A stretch of DNA of 64,000 nt, taken from the NCBI GenBank assembly GCA_010909165.1, contig MU008198.1:124001-188000 (forward strand). Direction: 5' to 3'. How positions within the stretch are numbered: position 1 is the stretch's first letter; every line of letters starts with the position of its first letter. Made by a program: the position numbers and the translations under genes. This document shows positions 1-12,210 of the stretch, one piece after another. The notes under the pieces are model-generated. The model searched no databases and was not told where the DNA came from. It worked only from the letters and a program-made list of their open reading frames with translations. This stretch comes from Anthoceros angustus. Lineage: Eukaryota; Plantae; Anthocerotophyta.

Positions 1-2175
1 CCTGCACCTCCCACACCTAGGGCATGGCTCCTCACCCTTGACTCCTCCGAATGCATGCTCGCACTCATGAGGGAATGGTCCGCCCTCGGCACCTCACGCA
101 GGGCTCGCCACTTGGGTGGGTGGCTTGTCTCGCCGAGCTCCTCCACTCGACCTCCGCGTGTCTCCCACCACTCCTACTTGTGGAGTAATCACTTGCAACA
201 AAGACGAGAAAGTGTCGGCCCTATCTTGTCACCATCTCGTACACTTCCTTGAGGGTGTGTTGCCCTTCGCTTGCACCGCTTGTTGCACCTTCATGCGCAG
301 TGCATATGGCAATGCCTGCAAGTACTTCTCTGCACCACGGTCACTCATGATCTTGGTGTCACGCATAACCGGGTCGATTCTTCGATAAGCCATCTTGTCC
401 GACTTCATCTTGAAGTGTGACCGGAGATCTTCTCATCCGTGCTTGCAGGAAACTCCACCGAAGATGTCAAACATCTCTTCGATGGGATCGTCACTCCTGA
501 CACCGCCCGTCAGACCGGTTCCACGAGCTTGAACGCTACTCACCGGGTCCTCCCAGCCGCCAATCCCTTGTGCTCGATAGCACGCCAATGCTTCATCCCC
601 AAGTACTTGGCATTTGGATGAAGCCGATCGCTCGTGTATCCGGCCTTCAATTCCATCTCCGCACACACCGCACTGCATTTCTCGATGAAGTCCTCCGTGG
701 CAAGGTGCCCGCCCCGTGAACAACTCCATTCGATCCTTGTCTCCTCCCATCTTGACGACTCCAAGAGACAAGTCCTCCTCATTGCCGCTCACCGAGTTGT
801 CCCGGCAGACTAACGTGTCTTGTGTGTTGCCACCATGATCCTTCAAAGATTGTTGATTGTGTCGCTGGGTTCCTCCGCCCTTGGGTACCAAAATCGAGGT
901 GTTCGCACTTCTCCTCTTGGTCGGGACTCAATTCGCCCGATGGACTTGCTGGTTGGTAGCTCCGTCCGGATCGAGTGTGTCCAGCATGCACTCCAGGCGG
1001 TTAGTGGCTAGATCAAACCCTTAATCAAGGTTAACACACCGCTATCTTAGATCGTGATTAGTGAAACCTCTAAGTATCTATGCATGTTAAAATGCATAGA
1101 TACTTAGAGGTTTCACTAATCACGATCTAAGATAGCGGTGTGTTAACCTTGATTAAGGGTTTGATCTAGCCACTAACCGCCTGGAGTGCATGCTGGACAC
1201 ACTCGATCCGGACGGAGCTACCAACCAGCAAGTCCATCGGGCGAATTGAGTCCCGACCAAGAGGAGAAGTGCGAACACCTCGATTTTGGTACCCAAGGGC
1301 GGAGGAACCCAGCGACACAATCAACAATCTTTGAAGGATCATGGTGGCAACACACAAGACACGTTAGTCTGCCGGACAACTCGGTGAGCGGCAATGAGGA
1401 GGACTTGTCTCTTGGAGTCGTCAAGATGGGAGGAGACAAGGATCGAATGGAGTTGTTCACGGGGCGGGCACCTTGCCACGGAGGACTTCATCGAGAAATG
1501 CAGTGCGGTGTGTGCGGAGATGGAATTGAAGGCCGGATACACGAGCGATCGGCTTCATCCAAATGCCAAGTACTTGGGGATGAAGCATTGGCGTGCTATC
1601 GAGCACAAGGGATTGGCGGCTGGGAGGACCCGGTGAGTAGCGTTCAAGCTCGTGGAACCGGTCTGACGGGCGGTGTCAGGAGTGACGATCCCATCGAAGA
1701 GATGTTTGACATCTTCGGTGGAGTTTCCTGCAAGCACGGATGAGAAGATCTCCGGTCACACTTCAAGATGAAGTCGGACAAGATGGCTTATCGAAGAATC
1801 GACCCGGTTATGCGTGACACCAAGATCATGAGTGACCGTGGTGCAGAGAAGTACTTGCAGGCATTGCCATATGCACTGCGCATGAAGGTGCAACAAGCGG
1901 TGCAAGCGAAGGGCAACACACCCTCAAGGAAGTGTACGAGATGGTGACAAGATAGGGCCGACACTTTCTCGTCTTTGTTGCAAGTGATTACTCCACAAGT
2001 AGGAGTGGTGGGAGACACGCGGAGGTCGAGTGGAGGAGCTCGGCGAGACAAGCCACCCACCCAAGTGGCGAGCCCTGCGTGAGGTGCCGAGGGCGGACCA
2101 TTCCCCTCATGAGTGCGAGCATGCATTCGGAGGAGTCAAGGGTGAGGAGCCATGCCCTAGGTGTGGGAGGTGCAG
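1..2175. repeat. Near-perfect fold-back palindrome (arms 1-1085 / 1092-2175, 6-nt loop gttaaa); left arm runs off the window
   Basis: aagtatctatgcat-gttaaa-atgcatagatactt at 1072-1105. Mirror ORF pairs 820..1011(+)/1166..1357(-) and 439..621(+)/1555..1737(-) are identical; coordinate sums of 2177 and 2176 imply a single 1-nt indel. Confidence 0.97.
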
Positions 2176-2500
2176 GCACAATGAAGCGGCATGTTGGGAG
2201 AAGCATCCGGAATTGCGGCCTACGGGTTGTCGAGCAACCCCGGCCAATGCATCCGTCAACCTCATCCACAAAATCGGAGCAAAGGCGCGTGGAGGAGGCA
2301 CGAGTCCCGTGGACAAAAGAAAGCGGGAAGCATCAAAGAAGGCGATGGGCGGCTCGTGGCACGCCTTGCAAAGCTGGAGAAGTTGGTGCGGAAGGCGAAG
2401 ATCAAGGAGAGCGGTTCATCATCGAGGGCGAAGAAGATGAGCACAAGCTTGGATACATGGCGGTGACCAGATCCAAGGGCAGGAAGAAACCTCCGCTACG
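1186..2500 (+). pseudogene. gag: gag-like region with CCHC zinc knuckle (frameshifted). Other copies lie on the - strand at 1-990, ~30250-31550 and ~31960-33076
   Basis: ORF 2030..2440 contains CPRCGRCRHNEAAC (C-X2-C-X4-H-X4-C), upstream of the protease motif. Confidence 0.75.
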
Positions 2501-2839
2501 AGAAGATAGCTCGAGGAAGGAAGAGGATGTCTTGACACTGGAAGACACGGAAGGAAGCTTGGGATCCTCTTCCAGAACCTATGCCAAGATGCCAAAGTCG
2601 TTTGAGCCATTGCCAGGAACAGCGTGGGAGCAACATCAAAGTCCAGTAGTGGCGATGTGGAGAAACCCATGCACAGATTCGGAGACGATGGCACAAAAGC
2701 TTGGAGATGCCATGTTTGACCTACAAGACATGGGGTTGAGCGTGAAGGAAGTCGGGGGTTTGACTCGGCGGATGTTGACAACCCTTGAAGGAAGCAAGTG
2801 TCGATGTGCCTGACGGTGGCAATGATGTCATTCGACCTC

Positions 2840-3240
2840 GAACCAAGCATCTCGTGGAAGCGGAATCTTTGCAGTGGGAGTGGCTTTGGTCAACAATCGG
2901 GAGGCACATTGAAATCAATGGATTCGCACCAAGGAGGTGTTGATTGACAGCACGGTGATCGTTGGAAGAAGAGTGAAGGAAGCGTTGGGTCTCCACCAAG
3001 AAAGGTTGAAGGAAACCAAGTGGAAGATCCGGGCATGGGACCGGAGCATGTGTTGGGGTGACAAGGTACAAGCTGAAGGTTTCATTCAAACCAAGAGCAG
3101 ACTTCACCTTTGTCGAGGTACTTGGGTCACGACACTTTTGATGTCTTCTTTGGGAGCGGACGCTTTGTACAAACACAGAGTCATGGTGGATTTGTGGACG
3201 GAGCAGTCTACTATCGACGGTGGAGAAAGGAGCAAAACCG
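2840..3240 (+). pseudogene. Retroviral-type aspartic protease region
   Basis: The mirror copy at 29795-29775(-) reads gtg ttg att gac acc gga gca = VLIDTGA (catalytic DTG). The R1 copy reads VLIDS.. with a small deletion, and a downstream LGADAL motif is present. Confidence 0.75.
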
Positions 3241-3594
3241 ATGAGATTGCCCGCATCCCTCTCTGCATGGCAAGGATCATGAGAACCTCATTGCCAGTCT
3301 ACCCGGTGTTTGGCGTGTAGTGAAGGACACGCCATACGTGCTTGAACCTCTTGGCGTGTGTCTAACAACCATGGCCCGACGATGGAGGATTTCGAGGAGG
3401 AGGAAACAAGCTAGGGTTGCAACCACCCTCGGAGGAGGTTCTTCAAGTCACTCGGGAGCTGGTGGCTGCAATGAGCCGTGCAAAAGGCTGTGGAGGATGG
3501 TGCAAGAGGACCGGTCCTATGAGGAGCTCTAAGTTCTTGCCTAGGGTTGAGCTTTGTGACCTAAACACCGGTCATCACATGGCGACCTCGGGAA

Positions 3595-4505
3595 CGGCAT
3601 AGTGCTCGTGGAACTCTTTGGAGGCATCGGCACGGCTTGGGCGGTGCTAAAGTGTGGCATCAAAGTGCGAAGATCGTGCATTGTGACCCGGATCCAAAAG
3701 CAAGGATTGTGTCACGCGAGCGCGTAAGAGACTTGATGGGGAGTACCTAACCTCGGCGTGGGAGTCGGTGAAGGGTTACCGGAAGGCGCTGCCGATGGAT
3801 GTTCGCATGATAGGGTTGTCCCATTTGAGTTGTCTTGGGCAACCGTGGACCTTGTCATCGCAGTTGGGAGTGTCAAGGACTATCCTCTGCAGCAAGGGTC
3901 AAGGTCTGAAGGATCCCACGAGCATTGTTCTATGACTGATGAGGATCTTGCGCTTGATCCAGAAAGGGCAAGAAAGGCCTTGTGGATACATGTTGGAGAA
4001 TGTGCCATGCATGAGCGTGAAGAAGCAAGTTCGGGAGGACTTTGCCACGATCCGAGTGTTGGGTCGAGCTTCTATTGGATGCGCTCAATTTGGTTCGAGG
4101 GCTCATAGGTTGAGGTCCATGTGGACTAACCTTGCTCCTTGGAACATTTGAAGTGTCTTGGTCGTTCACCAAGCGACCTAATCATGTTGTCAAGGATGTG
4201 CTAGCATCGGGAAGGCATGCCCAACAAGTCATCAAAGGCCCGACAAGCTGCCGCACTTCCTGTGAACACGCTGGACACCCCATGGCGGCTTGGCCAACCT
4301 TTGTGTCTAAGTCCAAGTCTTACGCCTTGGGAACCATGGCCCCGTTGTGGGAGACATGGCGAGGCCTTGGGAGCCAACAGCCCACGAGAGGAGTTGGCCA
4401 TGGGGATTTGATGAGCCACGAGACACCAGGAGTGGCCAGGAAGGAGCGGTGTCGATTGCTTGGGCAAGCATTTGACGTGAACATGATGACTGGTTGTTTA
4501 GCTGG
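3595..4505 (+). pseudogene. DNMT3-like C5 cytosine DNA methyltransferase domain within retroelement pol (copy R1, frameshifted)
   Basis: Motif I VELFGGIG (3608-3631), motif IV region VDLVIA.WECQGLS (~3846-3885), motif VI YMLENV (3987-4004), motif VIII AQFGSRAHRLRSMWTNL (4082-4132), motif X ERCRLLGQAFDVNMM (4444-4488). Confidence 0.88.
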
Positions 4506-5023
4506 GTCGCTTACCAACGAAACCAAGAAGGCGGGGTTGAAGCGGCGGGTTCGGTGGGTGAAGGACATTCCTCGCATCTCAGGAGAAGGCGAGTTTGGAG
4601 GGCAAGGAGGCGAGCACGTGGAAGCGTGCAAGCCATCGAGCCACGCCACATGAGTGGTTAAGCGTCGAGTTGAAGAGCAATCAGCAGCGTCGGCTAAAGG
4701 AGTTGTTGGAGGCATCGCGACATGTGTTTGCTTTCACGCTTGCGGAGATGGGAAGTACACCAAAGGGAAGTTCCACATAGAACTAATCAAGAATGAACCG
4801 GTGTTGCGGGGAGGCAGCTCGATAAGGCAAGAAGAAAATGGCAGCAGCCGTGGGGAGAGTAGTCCACATGTGCCCATAAGGATCAAGACAAGCCTCCACT
4901 CATGGACAAGGTTCATAACCTCGGCGACATTCCAGAGATTGGTTTTGTGCACAATGAGGTGCGTCGTGTGTAGTCCTACTAATGATAATGTTTTGACTTA
5001 GAGTCTCACATTATCGAGGGGAT

Positions 5024-5779
5024 TGGTTGCACCTATATATCTGCGTATTAGATTTGTTTGCTTGGTTGTTGGTCGAAGTGCTTATACATGAATTCAAGTG
5101 CTTACCTGCGGCTCATCTTAGTGTGATACTAATCCACTTGGGTTTAGTGTTTGATTAGCATTAATTAATCTAATTACTTATCTTTAAGTAAGTAGTGTTA
5201 ATTAATCTAAAGTGCTTATTAATTAAGCATTGATTAGTGTTAATTAATCTAATGTGCTTATGTTAATTAAGCATTGATTAGTGTTAATTAAACATGGTTA
5301 GCAATAGCTAAGTGGATAAGCTCAAGTAATATGCTTTGGCATATTCCTTGCATATTATAGTGTATTCTTAGGATACAATAGCTAAGTGGATAAGCTCAAG
5401 TAATATGCTTTGGCATTCCTTGCATATTATAGTGTATTCTTGGGATATTTTACGGCATCTTTGATGCGATAGGATATCTTAGGAATATGCCGATGCCGGT
5501 CTAGTATATATAGACCCTTCCATTGAGAAGCAATTTCGGATCAGCATGTAGATATCTGTCTGAGCGTTGTGAGGGAGGCCAAAACATGACTCAGGAGGCG
5601 ATGTGAGGAATTTGCGTGTTGTTCTCGTGGGAGAGTGTGTTTGTGCGCGATGCGAGCTACTCCCTCTGTTGTTTAAGGCCACTAACCATATGTTTGCACC
5701 TATATACAACGTATTAGATTTGTTGCTTGGTTGTTGGTGGGAAGTGCTTATGTACGAACCAAGTGCTTACCTCGCGACA
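5024..5779 (+). repeat. 3' terminal repeat block B1 (5024-~5112), A2 (~5113-5670), B2 (5691-5779) of copy R1
   Basis: A ~90-bp unit tg(g/t)ttgcacc...cttacctcgcgaca occurs twice around a ~550-bp AT-rich unit that matches 33909-34472. Unit A contains ~44-bp and ~75-bp internal tandem repeats and a TATA-like tatatata at ~5504. Confidence 0.8.
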
Positions 5780-7969
5780 CACCTTTAGGAATGCGCCGAA
5801 CACAATGAATTAGAAAGGTTAAAATCACAGGGTCGAGGATGTGAGCAAATTCGCCTCTCCCTCACATGGGCTCTTTCAAAGATCACCGCCTCAATCGATT
5901 CGCTGAGAGTACCCTTTAACCACCCGTCACGAAGAAAAGTTAATTGCGGCCGGTGCACTATGCCGATCCAACTCCGAGCTTCCTCGCGGCGAAAACACAA
6001 AATCCACTTGGCTAATCCCACCAAAGTATTAATTTGCAGTTTCCATTAGTCACCCATCCATCGCTCACACTCCTCACTCCTGTGCTTCCATGAGCTAGAA
6101 ATTACTGCATTGCCTCCTCGTGGTCTTCTTTCTCAGGGTCCAATTACCGAAGCTTCCATCCTCCCACAGTGCCTCGCCCATACACCTCTCTCGAGAAAGA
6201 GTCCCAAATCCTGCCATGACCTCTTCCTCGCCTCCCTCTTGCAACTTGCAGTGGTTCTCAATTCTTGCCGCGCATCGCACCAATCTTTGCCGTACATCGT
6301 CAACACCATTTCATTCCGTACAAGTTCCGGACCCGACCCCGCACTCTCAGCGTCGCCCGCTTCACCTGCCTGGCCCACGCCGCCCACCGCATTTCGCTGG
6401 AAATTTTACCGCAGAGTCAGCGCCATCTCTCTTCTCCTTGTTTCTTCAGAAAGAACCCAACACTCCACGCAACGCCGGTCGTGGTACAACACCACCGCTG
6501 CCTCGGGCCCACTGTCATAGCGGCTGGCGCCTGCTTCGGCCATGCCTCTTTCCTCCTCCTCGCTACTTGTCACCGGGTTGAACCTTCTTTCCGCCACCGC
6601 CGCTCGATCGACGCTGGCCCAGCCAGCGCGGGTCAGGCCTTGCAGCCAGCTGACAGGCTCCGCCAAAGCGCCACAGACGCGGTTGCATCGCGCGCCCGGC
6701 AAATTTTGCTGCAGCCCGCCTGACGCCACTGGCCTGAATTTCGCAACCGTGCTGGGCGGTCTTGGGTCTCCAGCCTCGCCAGGTCTCTGACTGCGCTCGC
6801 AACATGGCCAGCCTCAGCCAGGCTAGGGTTATAAACTCCCACAGTGTCGTCCAGACGCCCCTGCTTCTACCATCAAGCAAGTGAATCGGGCTGGCTACCT
6901 CCCGGCAGGCTTTGATCACACCACCGTATGTGGTGGGTAGGCACCACTAACATATATGTACACTTTTCTTATTTCTAAAATCACCAAAACCTGCTGATTT
7001 CTATCTCCGACTCCTACCTATCCGGTCCGAAAACCTAAGGTTCAAAAAAAAACTAAATTATTATCCCAAGGCCAAGGACCATTCTCGTGAGTGTTAACTA
7101 CCCAAAGGATTCTCAAAGCACTTTGCTAATACAAAGCACTCAAAACAAAAAAATACTGCTCATCCCGACACTCGTAGAGGGGTTACAGAGCATGTGGTCT
7201 CCACAAGGTACCCAGGTGGTGACATGGACTAACAGAGGCTGCCAGTCAAGAATGCAGATGGCGCTGGAAGGGGGGCTTGGGGAGGTGAAGGAGGCCGAGG
7301 GAGGCGAGGGACAACGGGACTTTGAATGGGGGAAAAGCGGCGACGGCTTAATGCGAGCGGGGAAGTGGAGGACGGGCGAGCGCAGCCTTGAGGAAGCATG
7401 CAGGAGGGAGGCGCCGGAGGCAGGGTAACTGCAGTGACAAGTGGTGGACGATATGGTGCCCAGCGACACCACGATTGCCTAGGGGTTGCTGCCATGTAGT
7501 CGCATGCCACAGGATCGGGGTCAATGAGGCAGGCAACGAGGGTCAGTGTCGGGGTGGGCAAGCAGCAAGCAAATAATGGAAAAAAAGGTGGGAGGTGTTC
7601 CCGAGGACCGCCAGGCAGATTTCATGTATGGGGAGGGTGGAGGTCAGTTGGGATCGGGGATGGCAGAGTGGACGATCACTGATAGAAAAGTGGTGAACAA
7701 GGTGTGTGGAGGCAGAGCCTGGGTGGTGGAGCACTCTGGAGGGAAGCAAATGGCCCAGAACTGGGTTACCACGAGAAGAAACACACTTGTGTGTACTATG
7801 GGATGTACCAAAAATGCTGGGATGTGGAGTGCCAACCGGCGTCCGTATTTTCCATAAGCTTTGTTTTGCCTTTTTTTGAGTCAGCATCAAGTAAGAGGGA
7901 TAGGGAGGGAGTTGTGGCCAATAAGGCCATTTCGGCGCTGGATCAGACTCTACAAGCAGCAATCCCTAG

Positions 7970-8270
7970 ACCGGTCCGCTGGAGGGCGGGTGGTCCGTCC
8001 GGGCGAGGTCCGACGGCGGGTGGTCAGGCGGTCCGGCGGCGAGGTCAGGATGGAGTGGTCAAATCCGTCGAGGCGAGGTCACAGGTCTCGCGGGTGGTAC
8101 GTCTCGGGCGAGGTCCAATGGACCCGGGTGGTCTGTCTGCGGGCTGTCCGTCGGCCAGTGGTCAAATAGCTCCGGCGAGGTCCGATCAGGTGATAAAGTC
8201 GGGCGAGTCGGCTCTGAGAGGTCGTCCGGGCGGGCGTCAAACAGTGGTCGTCCGGGCGGTCACGGCTGAG
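7970..8270. repeat. Degenerate GC-rich tandem repeat, ~30-35-bp unit (ggcgaggtccga...ggagtggtc); mirror at ~24790-25020
   Basis: ggcgaggtcc / gtggtc motifs recur at regular spacing; gaccactc...ggacctcgc recurs in the mirror arm. Confidence 0.7.
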
Positions 8271-11020
8271 TGAATGCGGCGGGTGGTTTAGCTTGGTGGG
8301 CATCGCACTGGCATGGATCAAGCTCTTGTTTGGCGGGGGAAGCGGTTGGTGCAAGAAGTCGTAGGGCGCATGATGAGCTACGTCCGTGGTTACCCGCGAC
8401 CGTGGTTAGGTACATACACTAGCGAGGTTGGTTATATACATACATAGGCCGTAGTTAGAAGTTAGGGTAATGGGGTATATAGGAAACTGGCGTCCAAGGC
8501 AGTGAGACTATCCAGGTACCATCTTCGGCCTACCCGTGTGCTCTTGCCTTGGGTGCTCGAGGAGGCGGAGTGAGTTCTGCGTCACCGTGCGAGGATCAAT
8601 TGGAGTGGTAGGGGATGTGTTTTAGAGCTCACGAGTGACGAGCTCCAGCTTCAACACGCTTGATGCGGGTGCGCACTGGGGCGGACTGAGCTCGAGGAGG
8701 TGCTCATGGGTGATTTCTCGGGTGCGAGACTAACCTTGGAGAGTGCCGGCAACGCTTTGTGGGGATGCGGTGCAAGTCGTGCTGCCTTCTCTCGCGTAAG
8801 CAGTATAGGCGGTAGGAGGATTAGGGAGGCGCTTGGGGGCGACTGCTGGGCGGAAGCCATCCTTGGAGGCTGGCAGGAGCGGAGGCATGGGGGATGCGGT
8901 GGTACAAGGGACTACTCCATGAGCGTGAAGCCGGTAGGCGCCCAGGAGGATTAGGAGAGCGCTGGGGCGTGACTCCTGTTGGTGACGGAAAAGTGGGCTA
9001 AGCCATCCTTGGAAATTTCTTGGAGCGGGTGGGCTGTGGGGTTGTAGTGCCAAAAGCTACTTCTCCTTGAGCGTGAAAGCGGTAGGAAGAGCAAAAGCGG
9101 CTTCAGGTATGAATACATCGGTGTTGGTGTTGTGACTACTAGGAATGGATAAGGAGGAAGGGTGGTGTTCTGGCGTGTGTGTTGAGGTGGAGTTGGTAGG
9201 ACGGTTGAGGGCTGAAGGCGCTGAGTCGTGGGCCCGGCAGAAGGGCAGCGTTAAACTGATACTATTCGTAATGCAGGGAGAAAGGCGGGGGTTGTGGGAA
9301 GGTCCAGGTGCGGCTACAGCACTGGAACGAGTTGTGGAGGCCACACACTTAGGGTTGTGGAGCCGGCCAACCTCGATGAAGTGTCCGTTCGATAGGTACG
9401 TTCAGGCTCGGCAGAATAAGCACGAGACCATTCCCTTGGAGCGGACTCCTTCCTACAACGACCACCTTTGGGGATTGTATGCCTTTGGCTGGCCGTCGGC
9501 AAAGAAATCGCGCCCAGGGGACTAGGAGGAGGCCCGGGTGGCGGAGGATGAGTGGATCACCGGCGGCCATGGTGGGCGGGGCAAAAGAGGCGTGAGCGAA
9601 CATGAGGCGGATGTCGGGGGAGAGAATGAAGGAGGACTAAAGAGGGCAACATGTAGTGCGCGAGTTGATATGACAAAGGCAATGCAGAGATGGAGGCAGG
9701 GGCAGGGGCGTGGGGGCGCTGCGAGAGAACATGGACGCGGCCGAGGAGGAGGCATGTCTTTGAAGAGGACGATGTGCCTAATTTCGTGCAGACACATACC
9801 TTGCGGCCTCGGATCTGAGAGCATGGACACACATAGTGGAGCCCGGAGGCAAGCCACATGATAAAGGGTGGAGGCCGAGAAGAGAGGAGGAGGAGGAGTA
9901 GGAGGTGGCAGCGGTGGGCAGAGTGACAAGGGCATGAGGGTACGGCAGTGGAAGGAGGACGGAAGAGGAAAATGTCAATGAAGGGGCGGAAAGAGGAGGA
10001 GATGGAGGGAAGGTAAGGCAAATGGATGACTTCATGGAAACCCAATGTATTTGGATAACTCATGGCCGGCCATGCTGGTTTTGTAATGTGTACAATGTGC
10101 TACGAGGCGAGGAGGAAGCGGAGGAAGTGGCAAAGCTTGCCTCATTAGCAGTGGGAGGGAAGAAGAGTGCGAATCGAGCGGGAGGCGGAAGTTTCACATA
10201 GGTGCATACGATGACGAGTAGGAAGTGCCTTACATGGAGGCTGAAAAGCATAAGCCCGGCGCATACCAAATCTCCTCCATGCACAATCTTGTAGGAAGCT
10301 AACCTCATAGTGATGCGTCACGATAAGGTGATAAATTGGGGACAATATCTTCTTGGCGCCATGGCGGAAGCCGATGGCTATTGTTAATGGCGTGGGAAGG
10401 ACAAACCATAATGACGGCATGCGATAAAGTAGGGGTATAAAGGGCGTCTGTTTACACGTATAGTAAATACAAATGTCGTACCATGAATATGTCTGGACCA
10501 TTGTCTACGTATATGGCAATACAAACTTATTTTATATGAAATTGAATCATGATATAGCACTTAGAATAATATAAATTACATTTATCCTAGTAGACTACAT
10601 CACATATAGTACAAGGATGTATTAATCACAGTATTTATATATGGTCATGATGAAGAGGCTGTGTGGTAACAAGTAAAAGCGTGGTATTTCAAAGGGCAAA
10701 ATAAAAGGGCAATGGTGGATGGGAGGAGGTTCGGTACCAAGCCTCCAAAGTGTTACAAGACCTCTCTTGTAACACTTTAGATGTTACAATCATGTTGCAA
10801 TTTTGAGAGAGGGCGAAACCACCTCACTTCATCTTAACATAATTGCAACACCATTGCAACATTGATTGCAACAACGGCCGTAAGTATGGTTTCAAGCCAA
10901 GCAAAAGTGTAACAAGGGTCCCAAAAAGTATTACATGACCCCAAAATTGCAACATGAGTGTTACATCCGAGGGTCCAAATCTTAACATAGAGAGTGTAAC
11001 ATAGCTCCATTTCTAGTAGA

Positions 11021-12210
11021 GCTCTTCTTGGCGAAGTTCCCCACCGATCCAAAAGCTCTCCACGCAGGGGTCAGCCAGCCGGCTAAATCCGCATCTTCTC
11101 TATCCGGGCTACGATTGCAGAGACCACCATGTCATGTTGTGTGCAAGCCTCGGACATCGGAAGATCCGCTGAAGCCGTTCCACCAAAGGGAAATGCGGAA
11201 CGTTTTGCAGCCCGGCTTGAACCGTTCTGGCGGTTTGAGGCCTCTAATGGTAGCAGTGGCATCCTGCGCTCTCCCGATAAATGCTGCGGTCCCTTGGACA
11301 TCAGAACCAGCGAGCTTGATTGTGCCACATGGAGAAGAATCCTTTGTGCATCTTGCCGAGTGTGTTCGGAGAAGGAAGCAAGCGTGTGCGGATGACAAGA
11401 AGCTTGACATTCTTGTTGTCGAACAAGTTGAAGCTTTCTTGGACTGAGAGAGCCACAATCGCGAGAGGTGTGCTCTCGGCCACTTATCTGGTCCCTACTA
11501 TTGAACAAAAGCTTCGGCTTCAGCCCGTCAATGTCTACCATGCCAGCGATGGGATGGAATGATATGAGCCAGCATGTCATCCTCGTTAGCGAACTACTTC
11601 TTCATCATCTGGATTATGCGTACGGCGGCTCGGGTTGCATTACGGTCCTCTGCTCCCTACGCGCGGTATGGTACCTCCTCCTCCTCAGAGTCATCAGCAT
11701 CCCTTGTAGCAACTCTTCACGATCCATGACCTCGACCTCCATGGGTGCCCCTGGAGGACAAGCATAAGTTGTGGCAGCCCGTCCGAAATGGATGGGTTGT
11801 AACCTTGCGTGAAAGCACCTTACACATTCGCCGAGTTAGGTATGTGTGATGTCGACATGTCTTAGGGCAACGATCGAACCGCGTCTCCCCTGTAACTTGC
11901 AATCCCGGACATGGGCATCGCGCCTAGGAATCGCCTATTCACGATGGGCGGAACCATGGTGATGATATACTTGTCCAGCTCGAACTTGCGGCGTTAAAGA
12001 GCCTCTTGTCGATGCATTACGTCCAGGTCGGGAACGCATTGTGAGCGGAAGTGCATTGTAACCGCATACTTTGGCATTACGCTTAGAGGTGGGAACACAC
12101 TCGCTTATATCCGATTGATTTCGCTCCATGCCGCCTTCCTTGAAAACAAGGCCACCATCTCACACGAGCACTCGCCATATACCTCTCTTGGCAGGCTCTC
12201 TTGCTCACCA
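11021..12210 (-). pseudogene. CACTA/EnSpm transposase N-terminal half (mirror copy of 21030-22221)
   Basis: Reverse complement of the segment encoding FPLVERLQRIF...MR..AD.PAWRA. Confidence 0.75.

Larger units (their letters stand above)
1093..5779 (+). mobile_element. Ty3/Gypsy-like retroelement carrying a DNMT3-like methyltransferase, copy R1 (5' end removed by the fold-back; mirror of R2); frameshifted
   Basis: Order: gag with CX2CX4HX4C knuckle (2153-2194), protease region (~2938), C5-MTase motifs (3600-4500), Gypsy pre-RT linker LKELLEASRHVFAFTLAEMGKYTKGKFHIEL (~4690-4790), purine tract 5016-5022, terminal repeats 5024-5779. Confidence 0.85.

Noticed and set aside
5113-5460. Regularly spaced AT-rich repeats resembling a CRISPR array
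   Set aside because: The units are directly tandem with no unique spacers, lie inside a retroelement terminal repeat, and no cas genes are present in this eukaryotic context.
8380-8425. Possible Helitron 3' end (GC-rich stretch then CTAG)
   Set aside because: The upstream sequence is a direct repeat (ccgtggtt twice) rather than a good hairpin, and no matching 5' TC end or helicase was found.
10200-10310. HGGDLVC...SLH on the - strand as a PHD finger
   Set aside because: Most Cys ligands are missing, and the mirror copy (22930-22990) does not preserve the frame.
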